DNA of 57,034 bases from Planctomycetota bacterium (lineage in GTDB: Bacteria; Planctomycetota; Phycisphaerae; WQYP01): contig JAJYDU010000001.1 of assembly GCA_021790475.1 (NCBI GenBank), forward strand, positions 1-57,034. Reading direction: 5' to 3'. Both the position numbers and the translations under genes were made by a program. Of this stretch, positions 19,476-29,114 are shown one piece after another; position 1 is the stretch's first letter, and each line of letters begins with the position of its first letter. The notes under the pieces were generated by a model. It was not told the DNA's origin and did not search any database. It worked only from the letters and a program-made list of their open reading frames with translations.

Positions 19476-20618
19476 TTATAACCCATCAGCATCGTGAAGA
19501 GTCAATACCACGGCGGCATTCATACCGCCGAATCCACTTGCTGTCTTTAGAATTGTTTTAAGAGGCTGATATCGTGGTATCGTGTACACCCAGGACATAT
19601 CCGGATATTCCGGTGTCCGCAAACCTGTAATCGGCGGCACAATCTGTCTTTGAAGCATCCGGCTGGCCAGAGCGGTCTCCAGAAGCCCGCTTGCCCCCAG
19701 AGTATGACCGGTCAGTCCCTTCACCGCCGTCAGGAGCGGCCGCCGTGAAAAAATCTCTCGCATGGCAACTGTTTCCATGGCATCGTTGTATGAGGTACCC
19801 GTGCCATGCAGAAGAACGGCGTCAATCTGTCCAGCATCAATATCGGCCATGGCCAGTGCCTGTCGAATAGCGCGGATCAGACCACCAGCTTGACGATCCG
19901 GTGCGGTCATGTGTACCGCATCCGAGGATATTCCCCACCCGGTGAGAAAAACTGTTGCTCCTTCTTTTTTCTTTTCTTTCTTTTTTTCCACCCGCTGGAC
20001 CAGACATGCCGCGGCTGCTGAGCCAAGAGCAAGTCCATCGCGATGTACATCAAATGGTCGACAGGTCGTGGAACTTATTGCCTTAAGCGATAGAAATCCA
20101 TCGCGGACAAAACGACCGGCAATATCGCCGGCGCAGACAAGTACACGTGGCGCATCGCCGGCGCCAACCATCATTGCCGCTTCAATCAGGCCGACCAGGC
20201 CGGAAGTGCAGGCTGTCGAGACACAAAAACGCGGCCCACGAAGTTGGAAACGATCCCCCAGCGCCTGAACGGATTGAGATATTCCACCGTAGCCCCGCCC
20301 GCCATCAAGGTTCCGTAAAACATCATTATTCCCGGTTGTTTTCTCATTTTCGGCATCCAGCGTTGCCTCCAGCGCGGCAATATCTCCCTTGGTGGTGGCC
20401 AGGATAAAGCCGCAATCATCGCGATCTTTTTCAAGAGGCAGCGCCGCTTCCATAGCTTTCTCCACCAGACTTTTCCAGGCGATGGATTCATCCGGGTGAT
20501 CGGGAAAAAGAGGTACTTTCGCCGGCGGAGTCACCCATGCCTCAAAAATATCCTCCAACGAGGAATATTCGCTGGTGCAGGCGGAAAACGAGGTAAGTTG
20601 AATCGGAGATTTCGTCAT
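19476..20618 (-). CDS. beta-ketoacyl-ACP synthase (FabF/KAS II-like, aryl-polyene-type)
   Basis: Cys-His-His set present: VSTACTSG, LLHGTGTSYND, GHTLGASG. Unusual EKKKEKKKE insertion. Confidence 0.85.
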   Translation of the reverse strand: MTKSPIQLTSFSACTSEYSSLEDIFEAWVTPPAKVPLFPDHPDESIAWKSLVEKAMEAALPLEKDRDDCGFILATTKGDIAALEATLDAENEKTTGNNDVLRNLDGGRGYGGISQSVQALGDRFQLRGPRFCVSTACTSGLVGLIEAAMMVGAGDAPRVLVCAGDIAGRFVRDGFLSLKAISSTTCRPFDVHRDGLALGSAAAACLVQRVEKKKEKKKEGATVFLTGWGISSDAVHMTAPDRQAGGLIRAIRQALAMADIDAGQIDAVLLHGTGTSYNDAMETVAMREIFSRRPLLTAVKGLTGHTLGASGLLETALASRMLQRQIVPPITGLRTPEYPDMSWVYTIPRYQPLKTILKTASGFGGMNAAVVLTLHDADGL

Positions 20619-20695
20619 GGCGCGATACTCAAATAACCGCGATCGGGGTATAATCAGAGCATATCAGATACCGCCGCGGGGCTGAAGGGAAGCGC

Positions 20696-21520
20696 ATGTT
20701 TCAACCGGAGCTTTTTACCGCCGTTGTTCAAGCCATGCGTCGCCGCCGGATCCTCTCGGTTTCCCAGCCGGGTGGGGAACATCAAAACAAGCGGCTGCCG
20801 CCGGTAACATTGCGCGTGGTGCTCCGCAGCCTCCAGGTATTTTCCTGGTTTGCCGCCTATCTGGTTATTTTTGTGGTTGTTTTAGGGCCGTTTCTTTGGC
20901 TGGCGGCCGCAATATGGGATCGGGACCGACGACTGCCGCGGCGTATTGTTCGCGCATTGTATCGGCACGGGATGAGAGGATTCTGCGGCTCCAACATGCG
21001 GATCCAGGCGTTCGATTGGAATCGTATCCAAGTCCCCTGCATACTGGTGGCCAACCATCTCTCCGCGATCGACATTCTCCTGCTCCTCCAACTTCCGCCG
21101 GATGCCCGCTGCTGGGCAAAAACCTGGCCATTCAGAATGCCTTTCTTGGGCGCCTTGATGAAACTCTGCGGCCATCTGCGCGTGGAGCGTGAAAATGTGC
21201 TGGAACAAGCTGCGCAAAGTCTGCGGCGCGGCGTGAGTTTGTATGTATTCCCGGAAGGAACGCGCTCGCGCAACGGCCGCCTGGGTAGATTTCATGACGG
21301 AGCCTTCCTGCTGGCGGCGCGGACAAATTGCCCGGTCGTGCCCATCGCCATTCATGGCAGCGGCCGCTGCATGATTCCGGACCATATTCGGATTCACGAT
21401 GTGCCGCTGCGGGTTGAACCGCTGGGGATTCTCCATGCGGACCCGGCGGCGGAAAAACCGCATCTGGATCTCAAACGCCGGGCTTTTGCGATGATCGAAC
21501 GGGCCCTGGAGCGGGAATGA
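20696..21520 (+). CDS. lysophospholipid acyltransferase (PlsC/LPLAT family)
   Basis: HX4D motif VANHLSAID, FPEGTRSRNG, VVPIAIHG. N-terminal TM segment. Confidence 0.85.
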   Translation: MFQPELFTAVVQAMRRRRILSVSQPGGEHQNKRLPPVTLRVVLRSLQVFSWFAAYLVIFVVVLGPFLWLAAAIWDRDRRLPRRIVRALYRHGMRGFCGSNMRIQAFDWNRIQVPCILVANHLSAIDILLLLQLPPDARCWAKTWPFRMPFLGALMKLCGHLRVERENVLEQAAQSLRRGVSLYVFPEGTRSRNGRLGRFHDGAFLLAARTNCPVVPIAIHGSGRCMIPDHIRIHDVPLRVEPLGILHADPAAEKPHLDLKRRAFAMIERALERE

Positions 21521-21542
21521 TCAGATAAAGAAAGTACTCTTC

Positions 21543-21953
21543 ATGTCGGAAAATATCATCCATCGTATTCCCCATCGTCCGCCCATGCACTGGCTGGACG
21601 ACGCGAAAATACTGGCGGACGGGTCCATTTGCGCCCGGCGGACCATTTCTCCCGCGCATCCCTTTGTGGTCAAAGGGATGTTGGCCAGGTCGGCCCTGAT
21701 TGAAATGCTCGCCCAGGCGGCCGCGTGCGGCGCCGTGTCCGGAAAAGAAGCGGAGCCGGCGTCGCGGGGAATGCTGATGGTGCTTCGCGAAGTATTCTTC
21801 GCGGGCGCTCCTGCGGTCGGCGAAGGCGTGGACCTTCATGTCAAAATGATCCGAAGCTTCGGAAACATGTTTTTATGCGAAGCGATTGCCACGGTCGGCG
21901 AACGGCTGCTCGTCCGCGGGGAATTCTCGTTCGTTCGATTACCGGCCGACTAA
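21543..21953 (+). CDS. hotdog-fold 3-hydroxyacyl-ACP dehydratase-like protein (ApeI/ApeP/FabZ-like)
   Basis: 136 aa. [12 protein letters not shown]...ISPAHPF...ALIEMLAQA is the typical N-terminal signature of FabZ-like dehydratases found in aryl-polyene-type clusters. Confidence 0.7.
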   Translation: MSENIIHRIPHRPPMHWLDDAKILADGSICARRTISPAHPFVVKGMLARSALIEMLAQAAACGAVSGKEAEPASRGMLMVLREVFFAGAPAVGEGVDLHVKMIRSFGNMFLCEAIATVGERLLVRGEFSFVRLPAD

Positions 21954-22009
21954 GAAGCGGCGGAGAATCCGGGCCGGCTCTGCGGCGCCGCCGCCGGCCG
22001 CAACAGGCC

Positions 22010-22138
22010 GGCGTGGCAATTTTTCCGGGCATCCTACATCGACCCGACCGGCGAGCCACCGGGTTTATCCCGGTGGGCTTCCGAACTCCCGTGAAAAGGC
22101 GGCTTTTTCAACCCCTGCCCGGAAAAATTGCCACGCCC
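22010..22138 (+). mobile_element. MITE-like 129-bp repeat, copy 2 (perfect 22-nt TIRs; 9-bp flanking duplication)
   Basis: GGCGTGGCAATTTTTCCGGGCA...TGCCCGGAAAAATTGCCACGCCC. Flanked by CAACAGGCC (22001-22009) and CAACCGGCC (22139-22147). Ends 62 nt upstream of guaA. Confidence 0.85.
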
Positions 22139-22200
22139 CAACCGGCCGACCGGTGTTATGCGGCGTTGGGCGTTTTCATCTTTCGCGTTACAATCGCCCC

Positions 22201-23781
22201 ATGACCGCAGCAACGTCCGCCAACCGGCAAACCGTCCCGGTACTGGATTTCGGTTCCCAGTATGCGCAGCTTATCGCCCGCCGCGTGCGTGCAGCGGGCG
22301 TCCACGCCGTGCTGGTAGCGCCGGATATTTCCCTGTCCGAACTGCGGACTCTCGAGCCGATCGGACTGATTCTTTCCGGCGGACCGGCAAGCGTGTATGA
22401 CCCCGGCGCGCCGCGCTGCGATCCGGCGATTTTTGACCTCAATATTCCGGTGCTCGGCATCTGTTATGGAATGCAGATCGCGGTCGAACTGCTCGGAGGG
22501 CGGGTTCAGCCCGGCCGGGCGGGTGAATACGGCGCTGCGCGCCTGACGGTTCCATCCAGCGGCGAACAGGGAGCGATGGCGGCCGATCTGTTTTCCGGAG
22601 TACCCGAAGAGACCAGCGTGTGGATGAGCCACGGCGACCAGGTGGGGGAAATCGGCCCGGAATTTGTGAAGCTGGCCGCAACGCCAGGCTGTCCGCTGGC
22701 GGCCATTCGCCACCGCCGCCGGCCTTTTTTCGGCGTGCAGTTCCATCCCGAAGTAACTCATACGCCGCATGGGACGAAAATTCTGGAAAACTTTCTCTAT
22801 CGCGTCTGCCATGCTTCGGGCACGTGGCGCATGGGTAATTTCGTGGATATCGCGGTTGATAAGATACGCCGGAGGGTGGGAGCGGGGCGGGTGATCTGTG
22901 GTCTTTCCGGCGGGGTGGATTCCGCGGTGACCGCCGCCCTGCTGCACCGCGCCGTGGGCGACCAGCTGGTGTGCATTTTTGTGGACAACGGACTGCTGCG
23001 AAAAAATGAGCGGCAAAACGTTCAAAGCACGTTCCGCGATCATTTCCACATCGACTTGCGCGTGGTGGATGCGGCGGATGAATTTATTTCCGCGCTGGCC
23101 GGTGTAACCGAACCCCAGCGCAAGCGGATCATTATCGGCAAGGCGTTCATTGACGCATTCAAACGCGCCGCCGCCGGCATTCCCGACGCTCATTTTCTGG
23201 CCCAGGGCACGCTGTATCCGGACGTGATTGAAAGCGGCCACGGCTACGCCCGCACGGCGGCAAACATCAAGCCGCATCACAACGTGGGCGGTCTTCCGGC
23301 GGAACTGGGCTTTGAACTTGTCGAGCCGCTGCGCGATCTATTTAAGGATGAAGTGCGGCGGTTGGGCGAGGTACTGGGATTGCCGGAGCATATCGTCTGG
23401 CGGCATCCCTTCCCCGGACCCGGTCTGGCGGTGCGCTGTCTCGGCGAGGTTACGCGGGAAAAACTCCAACTGCTCCGCCAGGCGGATGAGATTCTGCTCG
23501 AGGAAATCGTGGCGGCGGGATTGTACCGTTCCACAGCTCAGACATTTGTTGTTCTGCTGCCGGTGCAAAGCGTGGCCGTGATGGGCGATGGGCGGAATTA
23601 CCAGCCGGTGATCGCCCTGCGGAGCGTGGATTCGACGGATTTTATGACCGCCGACTGGAGCCGCATCCCGTACGATATTCTGGCGCGGGTAAGCAATCGG
23701 CTGGTCAACGAAGTTCGCGGCATCAGCCGCGTCGTATACGATATCACCAGCAAACCGCCGGGCACGATTGAATGGGAATAA
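22201..23781 (+). CDS. guaA: GMP synthase (glutamine-hydrolysing)
   Basis: GATase domain ([23 protein letters not shown]), PP-loop GLSGGVDS, C-terminal dimerisation domain ending PPGTIEWE. True start is ATG 22201; the longer track ORF reads through the repeat. Confidence 0.95.
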   Translation: MTAATSANRQTVPVLDFGSQYAQLIARRVRAAGVHAVLVAPDISLSELRTLEPIGLILSGGPASVYDPGAPRCDPAIFDLNIPVLGICYGMQIAVELLGGRVQPGRAGEYGAARLTVPSSGEQGAMAADLFSGVPEETSVWMSHGDQVGEIGPEFVKLAATPGCPLAAIRHRRRPFFGVQFHPEVTHTPHGTKILENFLYRVCHASGTWRMGNFVDIAVDKIRRRVGAGRVICGLSGGVDSAVTAALLHRAVGDQLVCIFVDNGLLRKNERQNVQSTFRDHFHIDLRVVDAADEFISALAGVTEPQRKRIIIGKAFIDAFKRAAAGIPDAHFLAQGTLYPDVIESGHGYARTAANIKPHHNVGGLPAELGFELVEPLRDLFKDEVRRLGEVLGLPEHIVWRHPFPGPGLAVRCLGEVTREKLQLLRQADEILLEEIVAAGLYRSTAQTFVVLLPVQSVAVMGDGRNYQPVIALRSVDSTDFMTADWSRIPYDILARVSNRLVNEVRGISRVVYDITSKPPGTIEWE

Positions 23782-24256
23782 GCCCTTCAGCGCGGCGGCG
23801 CCTTGGGTCGCCCCGGCGGCCGGGAGCGTGATCTTGACAACCAGCGCCGGTCAGGTACACCCGCATGACGTCGGCTTACCGGAAGCTTTGATCCGCAAGC
23901 GTCGCCGATTCCGCAGAATCGGGTACCTGATGCTTCTGATCGCCGCGTGTACGGCGCTGCCGGGGTGGTTTCTCTATGGCGTTTCCATCTGGGGGGCGTT
24001 TACCGTCAGCCAGGTCACGTTGCCGCAGGCGATCATCGCCTATTCCCTGCTGATTGTTTCGAGCATTACGCTGGTTCTGGGATTGTGGTATCTGCTCTTG
24101 GCGCAGGTGCGTCGTCTGGCGCGGGTGGTCGAAGGCGCCGGTGAACAAACCGGCCGGCCGCCGCGATTGTGCGCGAACTGCGGCTGGTCCTTTGACGAAC
24201 CGGACCGCTTTTGCCGGCATTGCGGCCGACCGCTGGTAAAAAGTCCATCGGGATAA
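23768..24256 (+). CDS. hypothetical membrane protein with C-terminal zinc ribbon
   Basis: Two predicted TM helices ([44 protein letters not shown]) and CANCGW...CRHCG. Start uncertain (TTG 23768 or ATG 23930). Confidence 0.45.
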   Translation: MNGNKPFSAAAPWVAPAAGSVILTTSAGQVHPHDVGLPEALIRKRRRFRRIGYLMLLIAACTALPGWFLYGVSIWGAFTVSQVTLPQAIIAYSLLIVSSITLVLGLWYLLLAQVRRLARVVEGAGEQTGRPPRLCANCGWSFDEPDRFCRHCGRPLVKSPSG

Positions 24257-24304
24257 CCGGCGGCGTAAACTTTCAGAAAACGGCCAAGTTCAAGCCGGGA
24301 TGGT

Positions 24305-25274
24305 TCACCGGGGAGATTTCCCGGATCCGGGGGAAAAGCGTTCCACAAGTTTGCGAATCAGGGGTTGATTCGCATCAAGGCCAAGACTCTTTTTCCAAAG
24401 AGTCAGCGCCTGGCCGCGCCGGAGAGTCAGAGACCTGTTATCGATATACTGAGTCATGTCCACAACTCCCAATCCATTGAGGGCGGGAGTGCAGTGGGGA
24501 TTGCGTTTCAGGGCGTCCCGATAAGCGGCGGCGGCGGCGGCCAGGCGCCCCAGCCGGTAATAACAATATCCGGTTCGCTCGCTGACCAGGGCCGAAGGCG
24601 CGAGTTTCCGCGCGGATTCTCTTTTGGGCCAGGTACATCTGGGCCAGGTCCAGATAAACGCGCGGCTGGTGCGGCTGCAGTTCGAGGCTCCGCTTAAGAT
24701 AATGGATCGCCCGGGGCCGGTAGGCGGCGTTTTGCGCCGCGGCCTGCGCGTAAATGACGCCGAGATTCGCCCAGGTTTTGAAGGAGTGGCCACCGTCGGC
24801 CGCGGCCCGTCTGGCATAAATAATTCCCAAAGCGGGATTCCCCGCCTGCGCATAGGCGACCGCCACATGAAGGGCCGCGCGCGGGCTGTGCGGTCGGATC
24901 TGCAGCGCATACTGGTAGGCCCTGATGGCACGGGGAAATTGGCGCAGTTGCTGATACATTACCCCGAGTTCATAGGCGGCGTAAAAGCTCCAGGGGTTCA
25001 AGTCGAAGGCGCGCCGGTAATCGGCCGCGGCGCGGCGATATTTACCCGCGTGGCGATAGATATCGGCGCGGGCCTCGTATGCCAGCACCATTCGGGGATT
25101 TCTCGCAATCGCCTGGGTCAGCTCGAGCAGGGCCCGCCGCACATGACCCTGGTCCGCGGCCAACCGGCCCCGTACATAACAGCGCAAGGCGATATGCCGC
25201 TGGCCGCATCCCCCCACCGCGCCGCTGATCAGGGCAATCAGCATCGCCGTCCGAAGTCTTTTTCCAACTTTCAT
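24305..25274 (-). pseudogene. TPR-repeat lipoprotein, frame broken by an apparent 1-nt shift near 24615-24630 (or sequencing error)
   Basis: Lipobox MKVGKRLRTAMLIALISGAVGGC. TPR repeats continue from the frame of ORF 24438-25295 (up to ...YLDLAQMYLAQK) into the frame of ORF 24305-24931 (...GYCYYRLGRLAAAAAAYRDALKRNPHCTPALNGLG). The switch is at a CAAAAG run. Confidence 0.6.
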
Positions 25275-25511
25275 GCAAGTTTTCCCGGCCGGCAATCGGA
25301 AAAATCCTTATTTTTTGAAGGGCGACCGGCGGCTTGCGGTCGCCGTGTGTATAAAACGGGCCTTTTTATTACCATGCACGGATGAATAAATCAACGCCTC
25401 GGATAAGTTGGCGCGCCTGGATGGTTTTTCCGTCGAAGCGGCTCGCACGCCCCGGCGCAACACGATAAAATCCGGACATTATGATCGGAAAAATGAAATG
25501 AGAGGTATACG

Positions 25512-26810
25512 ATGAACGCACCGACATTCCAGCGGATAAAAGTACCGTCCGCGGGACAAGCCATCCAAATGGGAACCGACAACAAACTGCGGGTTCCCGA
25601 TCACCCGATCATTCCCTTTATCGAAGGCGACGGGACGGGGCCGGACATCTGGCAGGCCGGAGTGCGGGTGTTTAACGCCGCCGTCGAAAAGGCCTACGGC
25701 GGCAAACGCCGCATCGCCTGGATGGAAGTTTACGCTGGCGGGAAGTCTTTTGAAAAATTCAAAACCGGAACACCCGAAGGCGACGCGAAAGCGTGGCTGC
25801 CCGACGAGACCGTGCAGGCCTTCCGACACTTCCTGGTCGGAATCAAGGGACCCTTGACCACGCCGGTGGGCGGCGGCATTCGTTCGCTCAACGTGGCCCT
25901 GCGGCAGCAACTCGATTTATACGTATGCCTGCGACCGGTGCGCTACTTCCCCGGCGTGCCCAGTCCGGTGAAAAAACCCGAAGCCGTGGATATGGTGATT
26001 TTCCGCGAAAACACGGAAGACATTTATGCGGGCGTGGAATGGCCGGCCGGATCGCCGGAAGTACACAAGCTGCTCGCGTTTCTGCGGAAGGAATTTCCGC
26101 AAGCCTACGGAAAAATCAGATTTCCGGAAACCAGCGGTCTGGGCATCAAGTCGGTCAGCCGGGAAGGTTCGCAACGGTTGATCGCGGCCGCCATCGATTA
26201 CGCGATCGCCCATCATCGCAAGAGCGTTACGCTGGTGCACAAGGGCAACATCATGAAATACACCTCCGGCGCGTTCCGCGACTGGGGTTACCAGTTGGCC
26301 AGGGAAAAGTACGCCGCTGCGGAAATCGACGGCGGACCATGGCTCCGACTCTCCAACGGCGTGGTGATCAAGGATGCCATCGCCGACATCACGCTCCAGC
26401 AGATTCTGACGCGTCCGGAAGATTTTGACGTGATCGCCACGCTGAATCTCAATGGCGACTATTTAAGCGACGCTCTGGCGGCGCAGGTCGGAGGAATCGG
26501 CATCGCACCGGGTGGAAATATCAACTACCGCACCGGTCATGCCGTTTTTGAGGCTACCCATGGTACGGCCCCGAAATACGCCAACCAGGACAAGGTCAAT
26601 CCCGGAAGTGTGATCCTCTCCGGCGTAATGATGCTGGAATATATGGAATGGCCGGAAGCAGCCGATTTGATTGTCCGGGCGCTGGAGCGAACCATCCTCC
26701 AGAAATCGGTTACGTATGACTTGGCGCGGCTGATGAGCGGAGCGATTGAAGTGAAATGCAGCCAATTCGCCGATGCCATCATCCGAAATCTTGGTGGAAC
26801 TGGAAAGTAA
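25512..26810 (+). CDS. icd: NADP-dependent isocitrate dehydrogenase
   Basis: 432-aa ORF with [22 protein letters not shown] and [35 protein letters not shown]. Confidence 0.95.
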   Translation: MNAPTFQRIKVPSAGQAIQMGTDNKLRVPDHPIIPFIEGDGTGPDIWQAGVRVFNAAVEKAYGGKRRIAWMEVYAGGKSFEKFKTGTPEGDAKAWLPDETVQAFRHFLVGIKGPLTTPVGGGIRSLNVALRQQLDLYVCLRPVRYFPGVPSPVKKPEAVDMVIFRENTEDIYAGVEWPAGSPEVHKLLAFLRKEFPQAYGKIRFPETSGLGIKSVSREGSQRLIAAAIDYAIAHHRKSVTLVHKGNIMKYTSGAFRDWGYQLAREKYAAAEIDGGPWLRLSNGVVIKDAIADITLQQILTRPEDFDVIATLNLNGDYLSDALAAQVGGIGIAPGGNINYRTGHAVFEATHGTAPKYANQDKVNPGSVILSGVMMLEYMEWPEAADLIVRALERTILQKSVTYDLARLMSGAIEVKCSQFADAIIRNLGGTGK

Positions 26811-26856
26811 TCGCCCGCCCGCCCGGTTCAGACGACCGGCGCGTTACAATGCGCGC

Positions 26857-28281
26857 ATGAATGCGCCCCGTTATCTTTTCTGGCTGGCGGGAAAACCCGG
26901 GGCCGGTCCGGAAAGAACCGTTCGCTCCCCCTTTGATGATTCCGAGATCGGGCATGTCGCCCAGGCGTCGCCGGACGACATTCATCAGGCCCTTGGCGCC
27001 ATGGTGGATGCCTTTCCCGCGCTCCGCGCACGGGGAGCCTGGCGGCGCCGCGCGGCCTGCGAGCGGGTCCATGCCGGCCTGTTGGCACGCCGTGAGGAAT
27101 TCGCCCGGATGATCGCCCGGGAAGCCGGCAAACCGATCCGCGCGGCCCGCGGCGAGGTCGATCGCGCGCTGACCACGTTTCGTCTGGCCGTTGAAGAGAG
27201 CGTCCGCATCGGTGGGGAGCAGCTCCCGGTGGATGTGGACGAGCGATCGCAGGGCTATCACTGCACGATCGAACGCAGGCCGGTCGGTCCGTGTTTGTTC
27301 ATCACCCCCTTCAATTTTCCGTTAAATCTGGTTGCCCATAAGGTCGCCCCGGCCCTGGCCTGCGGATGCCCTTTTATTCTCAAGCCATCCGATCGCACGC
27401 CCATCACGGCCCTGTTGCTGGGGGAATTGCTCGCCGCGGCGGACCTGCCGCCCGGTTCCTGGCACGTTCTGCCCACACCGGTTGAGAATGTCGCCGCCAT
27501 GGCCGCGGACCCGCGTCTGCGCCTGGTGTCGTTTACCGGCTCCGTCCCGGTCGGCTGGAAACTCCAGGCCCTGGCGGTGGGTAAAAGCGTGCTGCTGGAG
27601 CTTGGCGCCAACAGCGCCGTGATCGTCGAACCGGACGCCGATATCGACGATGCGACCAGCCGTATCGTGACCGGTGCGTTCAGCCACGCCGGTCAGAGTT
27701 GCATCAGTGTGCAGAGGATTTTCCTCCACCGCGACATCGCTTCCGCCGCTGGCGCCGCGCTTATCGAAAAAACCCGGAAATTGCGGTGCGGCGATCCCCT
27801 GGAGGAAACAACCGATGTCGGTCCGATGATCGACCAGGCCGCGGCCATTCGCATGGAGCAATGGCTGGACGAAGCCTGTTCCGGCGGCGCCCGCGTGCTT
27901 GTCGGCGGTCCGCGAAGCGGGTCCTTTTATCCGCCGACGATTCTGACCGATGTGCCGGAAACCAGCCGCCTGCTGCGCCAGGAGGCGTTTGGTCCCGTGG
28001 CCGTCATAGGGGTGTACGATGATTTCGAGCAGGCCATGGAATGGGTCAACCGTTCCCGTCTGGGCATTCACGCCGGCGTATTCACCCGCGATTTATTCAA
28101 AGCCCGCCAGGCGTTCGATTGTCTGGAAGTGGGGGGCGTCATCATCAACGATGTTCCCACCCTGCGCCTCGACGCGATGCCTTATGGCGGGGTCAAGGAA
28201 TCCGGCCTCGGCCGCGAGGGCGTGCGCTTCGCCATCACGCACATGACCGAGCTTAAATCGCTTGTGGTGCGTTATTCGTAA
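26857..28281 (+). CDS. NAD(P)-dependent aldehyde dehydrogenase family protein
   Basis: FNFPLNL, FTGS, ELGANSAVIV (catalytic Glu region), GQSCISVQR (catalytic Cys), and C-terminal GVKESGLGREG. Substrate not assignable. Confidence 0.85.
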   Translation: MNAPRYLFWLAGKPGAGPERTVRSPFDDSEIGHVAQASPDDIHQALGAMVDAFPALRARGAWRRRAACERVHAGLLARREEFARMIAREAGKPIRAARGEVDRALTTFRLAVEESVRIGGEQLPVDVDERSQGYHCTIERRPVGPCLFITPFNFPLNLVAHKVAPALACGCPFILKPSDRTPITALLLGELLAAADLPPGSWHVLPTPVENVAAMAADPRLRLVSFTGSVPVGWKLQALAVGKSVLLELGANSAVIVEPDADIDDATSRIVTGAFSHAGQSCISVQRIFLHRDIASAAGAALIEKTRKLRCGDPLEETTDVGPMIDQAAAIRMEQWLDEACSGGARVLVGGPRSGSFYPPTILTDVPETSRLLRQEAFGPVAVIGVYDDFEQAMEWVNRSRLGIHAGVFTRDLFKARQAFDCLEVGGVIINDVPTLRLDAMPYGGVKESGLGREGVRFAITHMTELKSLVVRYS

Positions 28282-29011
28282 ACAACAGTTTGGTCAGCAC
28301 GGTCGGCAAGTCGGTGATTTTGCGGATGATGTGGTCGGGGCGATTGCGCCGGGAAGGCTGGCGGGTCGGCCCGACGGGTTTCCAGACCGTTTTCATGCCC
28401 ACCCGGCGGGCGCCTTTGATATCAGCGCGGATCAGATCGCCCACAAAAAGGGCCTGCTGGGGACGCACGCCAAGCTCATCCAGAGCGGTGCGGAATATCT
28501 CGGGGTGGGGTTTGCGGTAGAACGTATGCGAGGAATAGACCCGGGTGGGAAAGAATTCGAGCAGTTTTTCCCGTTCCAGGTGCCGATCGAGGCAGCAGGC
28601 CGGGGCGCAGGTGTTCGAAACGATGGCCATCTTAATCCCCCGCCGCCGGAAAGATTCGAGCATGGCGTGCGTACCCGGTTCCACGCTGGCCCGCTGGGCC
28701 ACGGGACGATACCACATCCACGCCAGGATATGCTGATTGCGCGCCGGTACGTCTATCGCGAGCTTTCTTAGAACACCGACCATCACGTCCATGGCATCGA
28801 AATCGCGGCGGCGCACGCTCGACCAGATATAGCGCCGCCGGAATGCCCGCATGTGCGCCAGGGCGTAAATCTTGAACGCTGGTATCTCCACATCCTGCTC
28901 GCGCAAATATCCGTAAGTGTCGGCGGCGCCCTCCAGAAAGAATTTACGCGCGTCGAAATCATTGAAGTACAATAGCGTATTGGCTAAATCAAACAGAATC
29001 GCTTCGACCAT
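28253..29011 (-). CDS. HAD-superfamily hydrolase
   Basis: Motif I ILFDLANTL, VSNT, RKPHPEIF, motif IV FVGDLIRADIKGA. Start at ATG 29009-29011; the upstream part of the 472-aa track ORF is not protein-like. Confidence 0.8.
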   Translation of the reverse strand: MVEAILFDLANTLLYFNDFDARKFFLEGAADTYGYLREQDVEIPAFKIYALAHMRAFRRRYIWSSVRRRDFDAMDVMVGVLRKLAIDVPARNQHILAWMWYRPVAQRASVEPGTHAMLESFRRRGIKMAIVSNTCAPACCLDRHLEREKLLEFFPTRVYSSHTFYRKPHPEIFRTALDELGVRPQQALFVGDLIRADIKGARRVGMKTVWKPVGPTRQPSRRNRPDHIIRKITDLPTVLTKLLFTNNAPQAI

Positions 29012-29114
29012 AATGCCCGCCGTTCCCCCGTCCGCAACGGGGCCTGGGAAGCCGCGCCAGGCGGCCTGTTGATTATCGTAACCGTAGCCGGCGGGATGAA
29101 CCAGCCCCGCGGCG

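Noticed and set aside
21886-22200. N-terminal 105-codon extension of the guaA ORF in the track
   Set aside because: The extension is translated straight through MITE copy 2 (peptide ...[33 protein letters not shown]...). The conserved GuaA N-terminus begins at ATG 22201.
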